Source of the DNA: Candidatus Zhuqueibacterota bacterium
GTDB lineage: Bacteria > Zhuqueibacterota > Zhuqueibacteria > Residuimicrobiales > Krinioviventaceae
Reading direction: 5' to 3'
DNA: 64,000 bases
Assembly (NCBI GenBank): GCA_016928775.1
Contig: JAFGKD010000071.1
Span: forward strand, 84,164 to 148,163
Every line of letters starts with the position of its first letter. Positions within the stretch are counted from its first letter, which is position 1. The notes under the pieces are model-generated. The model ran no database searches and was not told the origin of the DNA. It was given only the letters and a program-made list of their open reading frames with translations. Both the position numbers and the translations under genes were made by a program. Shown piece after piece: positions 37,557 to 47,893 of this stretch.

Positions 37557-40403
37557 ATGTTGCATCAATTAAAAAGTTATCGGTCACTCGCACGTGAGAT
37601 AGTATACAAAATTTTCGATATGCGCGAGGGTGAGGGAGTGAGATCACTCTGGATGTGGCTCTATATTTTTTGCATTATTTCAGCCCTCATGATTGTCAAG
37701 CCGATGGTCAATGCTCTCTTTCTTTCCGAATTTGGTGCAGAACGATTACCGCAAGCATTTATTCTTGTTGCCGTGATGGCCGCATGGGTTGCTGTCCTGT
37801 ATTCAAATTTGCTTAAAACCAGCAATCTTCACACCTTAATCATCTGGACGTTATATATATCAATGGCACTTTTTCTTTTATTCTGGTTTTTGTTAACGTT
37901 AAACTGGATGGAGCGTTGGGCGTTATATATATTATATGTTGCTGTGGCAATTTTTGCCGTTATTACAAGCTCACAATTCTGGATTATGGCGAATGTTATC
38001 TTTAATGCTCGTGAGGCCAAACGATTGTTCGGATTTATTGGCTCCGGTGCTATTGCCGGTGGAATTTTCGGTGGCTATCTGACAAATTTTTTAGCCCCCA
38101 TAGTCGGCAGCCAAAATCTCATTTTCATCTTTCTGTTCTTGCTCGGCGCTTGTTTGTTCATCATTAACAGATTGTGGAAAACAAGTTCGGAGGGGGAAGA
38201 TCGAGTTCAGATACGTGAGCGCAATGGATTTTTTAAAAAACTGGAAAATCCTCTCAATATTATTTTGGCCTCGCGACACCTGACGCTCATAGCTGCGCTC
38301 ATCTGGATCAGCGTATTGGTAGGGAAATTAGTCGAATATCAATATAGTGCTATAGCTTCGGAACAGATCGTTGATCCCGATCAACTGACCGCTTTCTTTG
38401 GTTTTTGGCTCTCCAACTTGAGCATCGCCACTCTGCTTATTCAATTATTTTTCACACCCCGGATTGTGGGTATGTTTGGCGTTGGGACTTCACTTTTTTT
38501 TCTACCTGCAGGTATTTTAATCGGCACCTTTGCCATCTTTGTCTTTCCAGAGTTATGGGCAGCTGTGCTCATTAAACTTTTTGACGGTAGTTTGAAAAAT
38601 TCGTTGAACAAGTCAGGCATGGAATTGTTAGCCTTACCTATTGCAGCAGATATAAGAGCACAGGCAAAATCCTTTATTGATGTGTTCGTCGATAGTTTCG
38701 CTACCGGTATTAGCGGTATTTTATTGCTTCTTTTGACTGGCGTACTCAATGCTTCGACACGCTATGTAAGTTTTTTGAGCCTGATTTTTATTGGTTTGTG
38801 GCTCTATCTGATCACTCTTTCGCGCAAAGAATATATACGATCATTTCGACTCAAAATTGAATCCCACGAACAACCAGCTCAGCCCGCTATTGATCTGTCA
38901 AACGAATCTATTCTGGGTGGTATTCTCAAAGTGTTGATTGACGGAGAGGAGAGACAAGTCCTGGAAACGCTTCGAATGATTCGCCATCTGTATGATACAC
39001 GGTTCTTGCCCGGGCTCTATTCTTTGCTCCACTCATCATCCGTTCTGGTTTTGCTTGAGGTGCTCAAGCAGCTGAATAGTTATACAAACAAAAATTTCAG
39101 CAACGATGTTGAAACACTCATCCTCCACGAAAATCTGGATGTCCGCACTGAAGCCTTAACCTATCTCGCGGCGCGTACACCAAATTTCTCCCATGACATT
39201 CTTCCGGTCTATTTGGAGCAGACAAATTACCGAATACGAAGTGCAGCATTATTATATGCTGCGCGTCAAAGTCGGGATAGCGGCGTTGCGAGTGATATCA
39301 TCAAACTCAAGCATCACGTTCAGGTGGAACTTGTCAATGCACAAAAAACGAAAGATCAACAGGAAGTTATAACCATGAAGCGTTGCTGCGCCAGAGCTAT
39401 TGGCGAAGCACACCTCAAAGAGCTATATCCGTTTTTGCATTATCTTTTGCAGGATACTGAAAAGCAGGTCGTCGCTTCGGCCATCATTGGGTCCGGTCTG
39501 ACGAGAGAAAAGGAATTCGGTCCGGCTCTGATCCAGCTACTTCGAGATCGCGAGCTCTGGAGTTTTAGCCAGACGGCTCTCGCTAGCTTTGGCGCTGACA
39601 TTGTGGATATGCTGGGATCACATTTGAAAAATCCCTACGTTGACCGACAGGCGCGTCACAATATCCCCAAGGTATTAGCCGGTATTGAATTGCAGTACTC
39701 TGTTGATACGCTATTGGATAATCTGGACATCGAAGATCGCGATATCCGGAACCAAATTATCAGCGCTTTGTATCAATTGCGCCTTCGTGCACCACAATTG
39801 CGCTATAATGATCCGGTGATCATAAAGCTCGTTTTTAAGGAAGCGAATGAATATTTTAACACGCTGGCCCTTTTGTATACTCAAATGAAAGCATGTGACT
39901 TGACAAGCCCGGGTGCTGATAAAAGACACCTTTTATATGAAAGCCGGGAAAAATTGGTCAAGGCACTCGAGAAGCGTTTGGATCGTAAAATAGAACGTAT
40001 ATTTCATCTCCTTGGTCTCAGGTACCCCCCCTCGGATATTGAGAACGCCTATGCCGGCATCCGTAGCACTGATACCGAGCTTCGAGCGAATACGATAGAG
40101 TTCCTAGATAACCTGCTGGATGGTGATCTGAAAAAAGTCGTTATCCCCTTGGCTGAAACAACTGTAGTCGAGGACGTTATCAGCAAAACCCTGCAGCGGT
40201 TCGGTTATAATCTAACGGACGAAGTCGAATCGATGAAACATTTGCTCGAATCAGATGATGTTACCCTCAAGCGGCACGCCTTGTCATTGATTGAACATCT
40301 TGAAGAGAGCCGCTACCTGCCTCTCGTTGCCAAAGCGCTGAACGATCCGAATAGTGAAATCCATAACAAAGCACAAGAGTTGATCAAAAAATTTGGTTTG
40401 TAA
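37557..40403 (+). CDS. Npt1/Npt2 (TLC/NTT) nucleotide translocase fused to HEAT repeats
   Basis: About 12 TM N-terminal domain with IVKPMVNALFL, QFWIMANVIFNAREAKRLFGFIG..GAIAGG, KSFIDVFVD; helical HEAT-like C-terminal half. Confidence 0.85.
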   Translation: MLHQLKSYRSLAREIVYKIFDMREGEGVRSLWMWLYIFCIISALMIVKPMVNALFLSEFGAERLPQAFILVAVMAAWVAVLYSNLLKTSNLHTLIIWTLYISMALFLLFWFLLTLNWMERWALYILYVAVAIFAVITSSQFWIMANVIFNAREAKRLFGFIGSGAIAGGIFGGYLTNFLAPIVGSQNLIFIFLFLLGACLFIINRLWKTSSEGEDRVQIRERNGFFKKLENPLNIILASRHLTLIAALIWISVLVGKLVEYQYSAIASEQIVDPDQLTAFFGFWLSNLSIATLLIQLFFTPRIVGMFGVGTSLFFLPAGILIGTFAIFVFPELWAAVLIKLFDGSLKNSLNKSGMELLALPIAADIRAQAKSFIDVFVDSFATGISGILLLLLTGVLNASTRYVSFLSLIFIGLWLYLITLSRKEYIRSFRLKIESHEQPAQPAIDLSNESILGGILKVLIDGEERQVLETLRMIRHLYDTRFLPGLYSLLHSSSVLVLLEVLKQLNSYTNKNFSNDVETLILHENLDVRTEALTYLAARTPNFSHDILPVYLEQTNYRIRSAALLYAARQSRDSGVASDIIKLKHHVQVELVNAQKTKDQQEVITMKRCCARAIGEAHLKELYPFLHYLLQDTEKQVVASAIIGSGLTREKEFGPALIQLLRDRELWSFSQTALASFGADIVDMLGSHLKNPYVDRQARHNIPKVLAGIELQYSVDTLLDNLDIEDRDIRNQIISALYQLRLRAPQLRYNDPVIIKLVFKEANEYFNTLALLYTQMKACDLTSPGADKRHLLYESREKLVKALEKRLDRKIERIFHLLGLRYPPSDIENAYAGIRSTDTELRANTIEFLDNLLDGDLKKVVIPLAETTVVEDVISKTLQRFGYNLTDEVESMKHLLESDDVTLKRHALSLIEHLEESRYLPLVAKALNDPNSEIHNKAQELIKKFGL

Positions 40404-40406
40404 ATT

Positions 40407-41663
40407 TTAAGGTTTGGCGACTATCCGGTCGATAAAAGTTGCCAACGTCTGATGCTCAACAGCAGAATTTTTGCGCAGCACATTAGACATTAGCGCTACC
40501 AGATAAATCCGGCCATCCGCTTGCTCGACGATCGCTACCGAGTTCATGTAATTTTCCACATTCCCCATATATTTGCCGCAGGTGAAGCCAGGCTCTTCCT
40601 TGCAACGATATTGACTGCCGGACTTGAAGTAGACGGCTGCTTTTTCCAGTGCCGGAGAAGAGGCGTAACGAATGCGTCTCGCGGTCATGTACATCAGCCG
40701 TTTTATCTCCAGACTGGACCATTCGTCGACAAGGCGGCCTCGTTCGAGGGCGATCAAAAATTGTACCAGCGCTTTGGGATTACCGTAGCTGCCGCCGCCT
40801 GGCACAATGCTCTGACCCGTTTTGGTGAAAAAACTGCCCAAGCGCCAGTCATTTTCTGAAATGCCGATGGTGCGCAAGGGATCATTCACAGTAGAAATAG
40901 CGATTTGAGAGAGCTGAGATTTTGGCGTGTTCTTAAAATATGCAACTTCCTCTTCATAACTGACTGGATAGCGCTCGCCGAATTCGCGCATCAGGATCAA
41001 TTCCTTCCACACGATGCTGGCCGCGGCATTTGCACTGGCCGAGAGCATATGATCCGCCCATTCATAGAGCGAAAAAACGTCTCCCTCTCTGATGGCTCGG
41101 GAGGCAAACGTGTTGGATTCGACGTTAAAAACAGGGACCTCGTGCGAGTCATATATGATCCAGCGATCGGCTTTGATTTGTCTCGTCTTCAACAACCTAT
41201 GGCGGTTTTCAACTGATTCAGGATAAAGACGCTGCAGTTCGGTGAATAGACCGGCAGCAATCGCCAGCTTGCCAACGCTGCCGGGCATAAACTGCCGGTT
41301 CATCTGCTGCGAGGCAAAGCGAAGAGGCTTGCCAGGTGTTATATCGAGAAGTGCCAGGGAATAGCTCTCATCCCGATTTGGAAAGAGAGCTTGTATCTCT
41401 TTTTGCAGTTTGGCATTTTCCGCTGGTAATACTGCAAGACTGTCGCCGCGAGCACCCAGCAGGTTCAACTTGATGTCGGTCAGAATTCTCAAGCCACCCG
41501 ACGGCGGTTTAGTACCTTTAAATTTTCCCTCAATCACCTGCGCCAATCGCGCCAAACGCCGAATGCCTGTGTATTCATAACCATCAAAAGGGTACGCCAT
41601 CGCAGTCGTCAATTGCAGCAACAGTGAAATTGCTAAAAGCCCTGTACATAATTTCATTTTCAT
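40407..41663 (-). CDS. Exported class A beta-lactamase-fold serine hydrolase (divergent)
   Basis: Signal peptide (AMA-YP); SxxK (GSVGK), SAN, KSG; Cys pair CKEEPGFTC. Confidence 0.78.
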   Translation of the reverse strand: MKMKLCTGLLAISLLLQLTTAMAYPFDGYEYTGIRRLARLAQVIEGKFKGTKPPSGGLRILTDIKLNLLGARGDSLAVLPAENAKLQKEIQALFPNRDESYSLALLDITPGKPLRFASQQMNRQFMPGSVGKLAIAAGLFTELQRLYPESVENRHRLLKTRQIKADRWIIYDSHEVPVFNVESNTFASRAIREGDVFSLYEWADHMLSASANAAASIVWKELILMREFGERYPVSYEEEVAYFKNTPKSQLSQIAISTVNDPLRTIGISENDWRLGSFFTKTGQSIVPGGGSYGNPKALVQFLIALERGRLVDEWSSLEIKRLMYMTARRIRYASSPALEKAAVYFKSGSQYRCKEEPGFTCGKYMGNVENYMNSVAIVEQADGRIYLVALMSNVLRKNSAVEHQTLATFIDRIVAKP

Positions 41664-41688
41664 GATTGTCTCGCGGATAATGTGATCG

Positions 41689-44601
41689 TTAATTTTGCAA
41701 GGATTCTTCCAGTGAGATCATCCGCTTCTTGTCTATTTTGGGATCGAGCTCTTTTAAATACGCTGAAGAACGCGCCCTTTTGCTTTCGACGAAAGGCCGT
41801 ACCTGAAAGAGCCAGATTTTGTCGTCTTTAAATCCCAATTCGACATCAAAGGGTCCTTGCGATTCAATACCGGGTGTATTGGGGAGGCGTTTACGAATAT
41901 CAATTGCAAAGAGCCGCAACTGACCGATATTCTGCAAACTGAGGATAGCTTTTTCAAATGTGGCAATTTTTTTATCCGTACCGCCAGTCGTTGGTAATGT
42001 TGTATAGCGCCGCTCACGGCAGGGTGATAACAGCAGTTGTCGGGCAGCGGATTTCAGGGTGTAGGATTCCGCCATTTGTCCCTCAACGGCACCGGCGGCA
42101 CCACGGTTAAATGCGATTGTGATGTCCTGCGCTTCGCCGGAATAGACGCCAGTTGTGATCATAACGCCGGACTTTTCGACGTTCACGGATGGAATGATGA
42201 GGATGGATGGAAATACATTTTCCGGATTGAGTAGCAGGCGTTGTCGCCATTGGTAACTACGTTCGCTGAACGGCGATGCCCATACGTCGCGAATGCCTTG
42301 CAGAATTTTTTGCGGCTCGCGTACGTTAAATACGGTTAAATTGAGACCCGCACCGGTAAAGTCCTTCAAATCTTCCATATTGGTGTCGCTACGGATGAAC
42401 ACCGGCACCTCTCCCATAGTATGACGCAAAATGCCTTGAAATTTTTCATAGAGCTCTTTTTCAAAAGCCGGCAAAAGAGGAATTGCTTTGATGGCGGTGC
42501 GCAACGTCTCCAATCGAGCGAGAATATCCATCTCAATCTGTGTCTCCGGAACATTGTTTTTACGTTGCTGTCGCGCTGTCTCAAAGGTCTGCTGCAAAAA
42601 CTGCCAACAAGTTTCTGCTGAGCCGGGCATGGTCTGGTCCATGTGTTGTCGGAATATCCCGAATGGCAGCACAAGACCTTCCACCACCTGTTCGGGGAAC
42701 AGGTTTTTGAGCTGCCCAAGATTAGCTGCCTTGGGGCCAGTGAATACGCCGGAATCTTTGGCGCGCACATTACGCAGGTCAAGAATGCTCGTCTCGTTTA
42801 GCCGCAATTTATCGATCGGCACCGTAATTTTGTTCTCGCGAGTTGCCGTTGTTGTGAACAATGCTTCCTCTTCGCGAGTCATTGCTTCGGGCGTTTTCAT
42901 CAATACTGTACCCTGCGGGGAGACAGCATAAAAAATCTTTTTCCCATTAAAAGCTAACAGTTCCTCAAAGTTTTGCTGCGTAATGACCGCGTTGGGTATG
43001 CCAAGATTGCGCGCCAATAGCTGTACGTGCGACACCAGATTGCCTTCGGAGACCACCATCAGACCGGCTACAGGCTTTAAATCGGATGGTGGCGAGGCGA
43101 GCACATAAATATTTTCTGGTGAAAATTTTATGTCCGCTTCCATCGAAGGTAACACGACCAGTTCGCCGATAGCGTAGCCGGGATTGAGTCCATGCACTTG
43201 ATTTTGCGTTGTAATATTGAGCACCTGCTGCTTCAAACCGATATGATCGGCATAGTGATCCGTGACCTGCCCAGCTGTAATGCCAAAAGGCAGAAGGAGT
43301 GACACACGAATACGATCATCTATAAAACCAAAAATCAAAGGTTCAAAGCCGGCGAATTTTTCGAGCGATTCCTGAAAAACGGTCCGTACCATCGCGCTGC
43401 TCCATTCGACAGCGCGCCTGGCATACTCTGATATTTGTTGCAGCTCTGCGAGTGAGATCACCTTGGTCTGCGACTGCAAGCGTAGATAAAAGTCGATCTC
43501 GACAAATTCCCAAGCTTCCAAAAATCCGCAGCTGGCCACGGCTTTGGTCAGAAGGTGATTTTTTGCTATCAAGTCACCGAGTGTAGCGGGCTGCCACTGG
43601 TTGATGTCGCGGAAAATAATCGATTCCAGTGCAATCGACAAATCGACTGCCGCCAGTCGTTGCCTCGGTGCAGGAAACTCTAAAAGCTCCTGACGGCATT
43701 CCCATAAAATATCTACGATTTGTCGCATTGTTTCTTGTGAGGCTGTGATCTGCTGACTTTTTAACCACTCGTTCATTTTAGTAACAACCCTGGATTTCTG
43801 GGGTAGCAGACGACTGTATTGTCGCAGACTATTTGAATTGAGCGGACGAAAAGCTTCAGCGAGGTCCGCTTCCAATTGATTGAAAAGTTTTTGCTGGTTC
43901 GATGAAATTTTTCCGGCATTCTTTAGACGAAACGCGCGTACATTTTGCAGATCAGAAGCATCCGGCTGTCCATGTAATTTGATGCGAATGTTGATAAAAG
44001 TCGGGATCGAATCAGACAGCACCTTGGACGTCGAGCGAATTCGCTCCCACAGCTTGTCACCAGCGTTGTGGGGCAACACACGACAGGCCTGGCGGATTGT
44101 AAAATAGTTCTCAAGTATGCGGCTGTCATCATCGAGAAGCCATAACAAGAACTTTTCACCCCAGCTATTTTCATCTTCATCTTGGATAGCACCGCGATAA
44201 TAGCGGGCGCGACGCAAAAGCCAACTGTCATCTATAGACATTAAATAGCGTTCAAAAATATATTGTTTGAGGCGCGACTGGTCATTGGTTTCATCCCAAA
44301 AGTCTTCGAATGGTGTTCCCGCCAAAATTTGGCCAAGGTAAATACCTTGATCGCGCGCCAAACGAGTGACGACTTCTTTGTGCACTGCATGTTGAATGCC
44401 GCCCGGCTGCGAACAACGTTCGTTCGGCGGCAAAATAGTGCCATCTGGACAGAACCAGCGAATGGCCTGATAGGGCCCACGTTCATCAGATTTAAATTTT
44501 TGAATCAATGCAGCAATGTCGTCATTTGTGAGATTTTGCTGCGCGAAGATGAGCGCTACGAGAGACAACAAAATGATTACAAAAAAGCGAAAACGAACCA
44601 C
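41689..44601 (-). CDS. Signal-peptide-bearing PEP synthase/PPDK-like dikinase (His-swivel plus C-terminal ATP-grasp, no PEP-binding barrel)
   Basis: MVRFRFFVIILLSLVALIFA signal; EGNLVSHVQLLARNLGIP phospho-His motif; GPKAANLGQL, IRSDTNMED..FTGAG, VWASPF, DVELG...LFQVRP. Confidence 0.85.
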   Translation of the reverse strand: MVRFRFFVIILLSLVALIFAQQNLTNDDIAALIQKFKSDERGPYQAIRWFCPDGTILPPNERCSQPGGIQHAVHKEVVTRLARDQGIYLGQILAGTPFEDFWDETNDQSRLKQYIFERYLMSIDDSWLLRRARYYRGAIQDEDENSWGEKFLLWLLDDDSRILENYFTIRQACRVLPHNAGDKLWERIRSTSKVLSDSIPTFINIRIKLHGQPDASDLQNVRAFRLKNAGKISSNQQKLFNQLEADLAEAFRPLNSNSLRQYSRLLPQKSRVVTKMNEWLKSQQITASQETMRQIVDILWECRQELLEFPAPRQRLAAVDLSIALESIIFRDINQWQPATLGDLIAKNHLLTKAVASCGFLEAWEFVEIDFYLRLQSQTKVISLAELQQISEYARRAVEWSSAMVRTVFQESLEKFAGFEPLIFGFIDDRIRVSLLLPFGITAGQVTDHYADHIGLKQQVLNITTQNQVHGLNPGYAIGELVVLPSMEADIKFSPENIYVLASPPSDLKPVAGLMVVSEGNLVSHVQLLARNLGIPNAVITQQNFEELLAFNGKKIFYAVSPQGTVLMKTPEAMTREEEALFTTTATRENKITVPIDKLRLNETSILDLRNVRAKDSGVFTGPKAANLGQLKNLFPEQVVEGLVLPFGIFRQHMDQTMPGSAETCWQFLQQTFETARQQRKNNVPETQIEMDILARLETLRTAIKAIPLLPAFEKELYEKFQGILRHTMGEVPVFIRSDTNMEDLKDFTGAGLNLTVFNVREPQKILQGIRDVWASPFSERSYQWRQRLLLNPENVFPSILIIPSVNVEKSGVMITTGVYSGEAQDITIAFNRGAAGAVEGQMAESYTLKSAARQLLLSPCRERRYTTLPTTGGTDKKIATFEKAILSLQNIGQLRLFAIDIRKRLPNTPGIESQGPFDVELGFKDDKIWLFQVRPFVESKRARSSAYLKELDPKIDKKRMISLEESLQN

Positions 44602-44804
44602 TTTACGAATCCTCCAGTAAAAGCGCCTTGAGCTATTTATATAACTCGTACGAATTTAATGAAATTTCATGGCAAAGCAATTAAAATGTTCAGAGGTGAC
44701 AGCATCTTTGTCTTTATGCATGAAGATAATGCTTCAATATATTCCCTTTTCACCGGATATATTGAGCCATGTCATCGAAATTCGCAGATTATAAATATTT
44801 CAAA

Positions 44805-45548
44805 TTAGGTCCTGTCAAAAATTGGATGATGATAGATACGCCATTTTTTTAATCGGTATGCCAGCGCTGTACGCAAGACACCCAGACCGTATCGCACGCT
44901 GCGGGAAAAGTTGATGGAGGAGGCTTCGGGAAAATATTTTGTCGGGCAGGAGATTTCGCCGATTGGAAAGCCAAAATAGGCAGTCTGGGCGATAAACTCA
45001 TTGTCAAAAACAAAATCATTTGAACATTTATCCAGCGGCAAACTTTCAAGCAATCGCCGGGAGTAGGCTCTGTAACCCGTATGATATTCGGATATTTTTT
45101 TTGCCAGTAAAATATTCTCAAATAACGTCAATAGACGGTTGGAGATATATTTGTAAAGCGGCATCCCGCCTGCGAGGGCGCCACCGGTGATGATACGCGA
45201 TCCGAGCACCAGGTCATATTGACCGATCGCGATGAGCGACGCCATGGCGCCAATTAATTTGGGCTCGTATTGATAATCGGGATGCAACATAATTATGACG
45301 TCCGCATTGGTTCTGAGCGCCTCTCGATAGCAGGTTTTCTGGTTGCCACCGTAGCCCAGATTTTTCTGGTGCCGAAATGTTTTGAGGCCGAGCTCCTGAG
45401 CAATCTGTGAGGTTCCGTCCGTGCTGGCGTCATCCACCATCAGGACGTCATCAACAATGTCAAAAGGAATCTCCTCGTAGGTTTTTTTCAACGTCAGCTC
45501 TGCGTTGTAAGCGGGCAGTACAACCGTCACCCTTTTTCCGTGAATCAT
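44805..45548 (-). CDS. GT2 polyprenol-phosphate glycosyltransferase (DPM1-like)
   Basis: [35 protein letters not shown]. Confidence 0.92.
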   Translation of the reverse strand: MIHGKRVTVVLPAYNAELTLKKTYEEIPFDIVDDVLMVDDASTDGTSQIAQELGLKTFRHQKNLGYGGNQKTCYREALRTNADVIIMLHPDYQYEPKLIGAMASLIAIGQYDLVLGSRIITGGALAGGMPLYKYISNRLLTLFENILLAKKISEYHTGYRAYSRRLLESLPLDKCSNDFVFDNEFIAQTAYFGFPIGEISCPTKYFPEASSINFSRSVRYGLGVLRTALAYRLKKWRIYHHPIFDRT

Positions 45549-45603
45549 TATGTCCTCATGTTTCTGTTTTCAGATACGTTGACAGTACAAAAACCGTATC
45601 GAG

Positions 45604-46392
45604 TCAACGAAATAAATTGAATCGAAGAATACTCCAAATCGCGTTTACGCCGTCTCTCCAGCCGATTTTTTTACCCTCCGAATAATCACGACCATGATAT
45701 TGAATGGGCATTTCATAGATTCGGCATCTCTTTTTCGCCACTTTGGCGGTAATCTCCGGCTCAAAGCCAAATCGATTGGACTTGATATCGATATCCTCCA
45801 GCACCTGACGACGAAATATTTTGTAACAGGTCTCCATGTCGGTGAGGTTCAAATTGGTGAACATGTTGGAAAGCATGGTCAGAAACCGGTTGCCGACATA
45901 GTGCCAAAAAAACAAAACCCGATGAGTTTCGCCAATGAATCGCGAGCCGTAAACCACATCAGCGAGGTCGGCCACGATGGGGTAGATCAATTTATAGTAT
46001 TCATTTGGATTATATTCCAAATCCGCATCCTGGATAATCACAATGTCGCCGGCCACATGCTGAAAACCGGTGCGCAAGGCAGCTCCTTTTCCCTGGTTAT
46101 GGTCGTGCAAGATCAGTTTGATATTGTCATATTCCCGACTAATCTCCGGCAGCATATCGCGCGTACCGTCGGTTGAATAATCATCAACAATGATGATCTC
46201 CTTGTTCAGCTCGACATTTTGAATTCGCTGGATGATTTTTCGAATGGTGTTTTTTTCGTTATAAACGGGCACCACGACCGACAGTTTAACCGCAGTATAG
46301 TCAACCTGACGGTCGTCATGCAGCACCGTTCTAAAAGCTGGTTGTGCCGGATCGCTATAGCCGCAACGCGGACACGGTTGTGTTTTCGTCAT
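45604..46392 (-). CDS. GT2 polyprenol-phosphate glycosyltransferase (DPM1-like)
   Basis: [35 protein letters not shown]; likely start ATG 46392 (GGGAG RBS). Confidence 0.92.
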   Translation of the reverse strand: MTKTQPCPRCGYSDPAQPAFRTVLHDDRQVDYTAVKLSVVVPVYNEKNTIRKIIQRIQNVELNKEIIIVDDYSTDGTRDMLPEISREYDNIKLILHDHNQGKGAALRTGFQHVAGDIVIIQDADLEYNPNEYYKLIYPIVADLADVVYGSRFIGETHRVLFFWHYVGNRFLTMLSNMFTNLNLTDMETCYKIFRRQVLEDIDIKSNRFGFEPEITAKVAKKRCRIYEMPIQYHGRDYSEGKKIGWRDGVNAIWSILRFNLFR

Positions 46393-47893
46393 GTTTGTTT
46401 TCTCCCTGGTGAACATCAGGATATGAAGCAGGTGAATACTCGTACAACCACAAGTATTCTTTGTCTTTACGAAAAGTATAGCGCAAAATAAAATCATTTT
46501 TTACGCGGACATAACCTGGATCATCCGGCCATCGTCGCAATTGATTGTGATAATAGATAATATATCGAAAATATCCATGTTCTATTTTTTCTAACAATTG
46601 TGGATCGGCAGGTCCCGAGTTGTAATTGTAAACCTCGCCGAAACCATCAAGATAGTATGTCAATATTGGCGCATACCAGGTCAAAATACGGTCGTTAGCC
46701 TGAGCATTAGTTTTTAAAAAAGACGCGGCCTGCTGGTAGCCGGGATCACCCTGGCTAAAGTCGGTGAGCATTTTCAAGTTTGTGCCGGCTTGCGCCACCA
46801 TCGTCACTGCAATAAAAACGACTCCAACGCGTCGCCAACGATTCGTCAACATGTGCAGGAATATGGCGCCACACAGGGTCAGGAACGGAATAACATAGAT
46901 GGCGTATCGGGCGGACATGATGTGCTGTCGAAAAAGCGCCGCTAACAGGACAAATAAATATATTAATAATATTCCATAAATTGTGCTGAATTTTGATCTA
47001 AAAAGTTGAACAGTCAGTGTGGCAACACCAAAAAGCGATAATAAAAGCCAGACTGGAGCAATATCCATAAACCAGACAACATAGGCCCACCATGGCACAT
47101 GTCGGGTCAACTCACCGTTGAACCAGATAGGATGTCCTTGTTCGCTATATCTCAGGTAATATAAAAGATTACGGAAAAAATTGAGCTTGACGACGCCGGC
47201 GATCCATACCAGACAAATAGTAAAAATCACAACCAGCGCCGCATAGATGATGTGTTTCGAAACGGTGACTTTGCGAAAGGTGATATGAAAATAGGCATTC
47301 TTTTTTAACAAGAGCACCAGACCAATAATGCCGAAGATGATGATACCATACTCTATGGTTGAAAACAGCAGTCCAAGCACAATGGCTTGTTGGTAAAGAT
47401 ATCGTTTATTGTCGCTCTGTATCATTTTTATTGTGAGGAAAAAAGACAAGACGATGTAAAATGTAGCCATGGCATGCATATTCGCCACACCACAAACTTG
47501 CACAAATGTGGGCATAATGGCAAGTGAAAAAGCCGCAACAGCGCCCGCCAGTAATCCCGCCGGGAATATCGTTGCGCACCCCCATAGAATCGTCAGCGGT
47601 ACGAGCAGGCCGAACATTCTGGACGGCAATTGCACGGTAAAATCACTTTCGCCAAACAACAAGACACCCAGATGGATCGCGTGTGTGAGTAGCGGTCCAT
47701 GAAAATGACGTTGTTCCCTGGTTCCATCGGCATCGAGCCAGTTGGCGACAAATCCTTTGCGGGCGGCCAGGGCGTATTCTGCTTCATCCAAAGTCAATCC
47801 GTTCGCTTCGTATCGCACGTGGGGCAGCGCGGCTACAATGATTAACACCAGGGAAAGCAGCCACAATTTTTTGTCCGAAAAACCTCTATTCAT
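46355..47893 (-). CDS. GT-C (ArnT/GT39-like) membrane glycosyltransferase
   Basis: LDEAEY, FHGPL, multiple TMs, RYAIY. Confidence 0.8.
   Translation of the reverse strand: MNRGFSDKKLWLLSLVLIIVAALPHVRYEANGLTLDEAEYALAARKGFVANWLDADGTREQRHFHGPLLTHAIHLGVLLFGESDFTVQLPSRMFGLLVPLTILWGCATIFPAGLLAGAVAAFSLAIMPTFVQVCGVANMHAMATFYIVLSFFLTIKMIQSDNKRYLYQQAIVLGLLFSTIEYGIIIFGIIGLVLLLKKNAYFHITFRKVTVSKHIIYAALVVIFTICLVWIAGVVKLNFFRNLLYYLRYSEQGHPIWFNGELTRHVPWWAYVVWFMDIAPVWLLLSLFGVATLTVQLFRSKFSTIYGILLIYLFVLLAALFRQHIMSARYAIYVIPFLTLCGAIFLHMLTNRWRRVGVVFIAVTMVAQAGTNLKMLTDFSQGDPGYQQAASFLKTNAQANDRILTWYAPILTYYLDGFGEVYNYNSGPADPQLLEKIEHGYFRYIIYYHNQLRRWPDDPGYVRVKNDFILRYTFRKDKEYLWLYEYSPASYPDVHQGENKHDENTTVSALRL

Noticed and set aside
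41689..44601. Housekeeping PEP synthase (ppsA)
   Set aside because: Signal peptide, reversed domain order and no PEP-binding barrel
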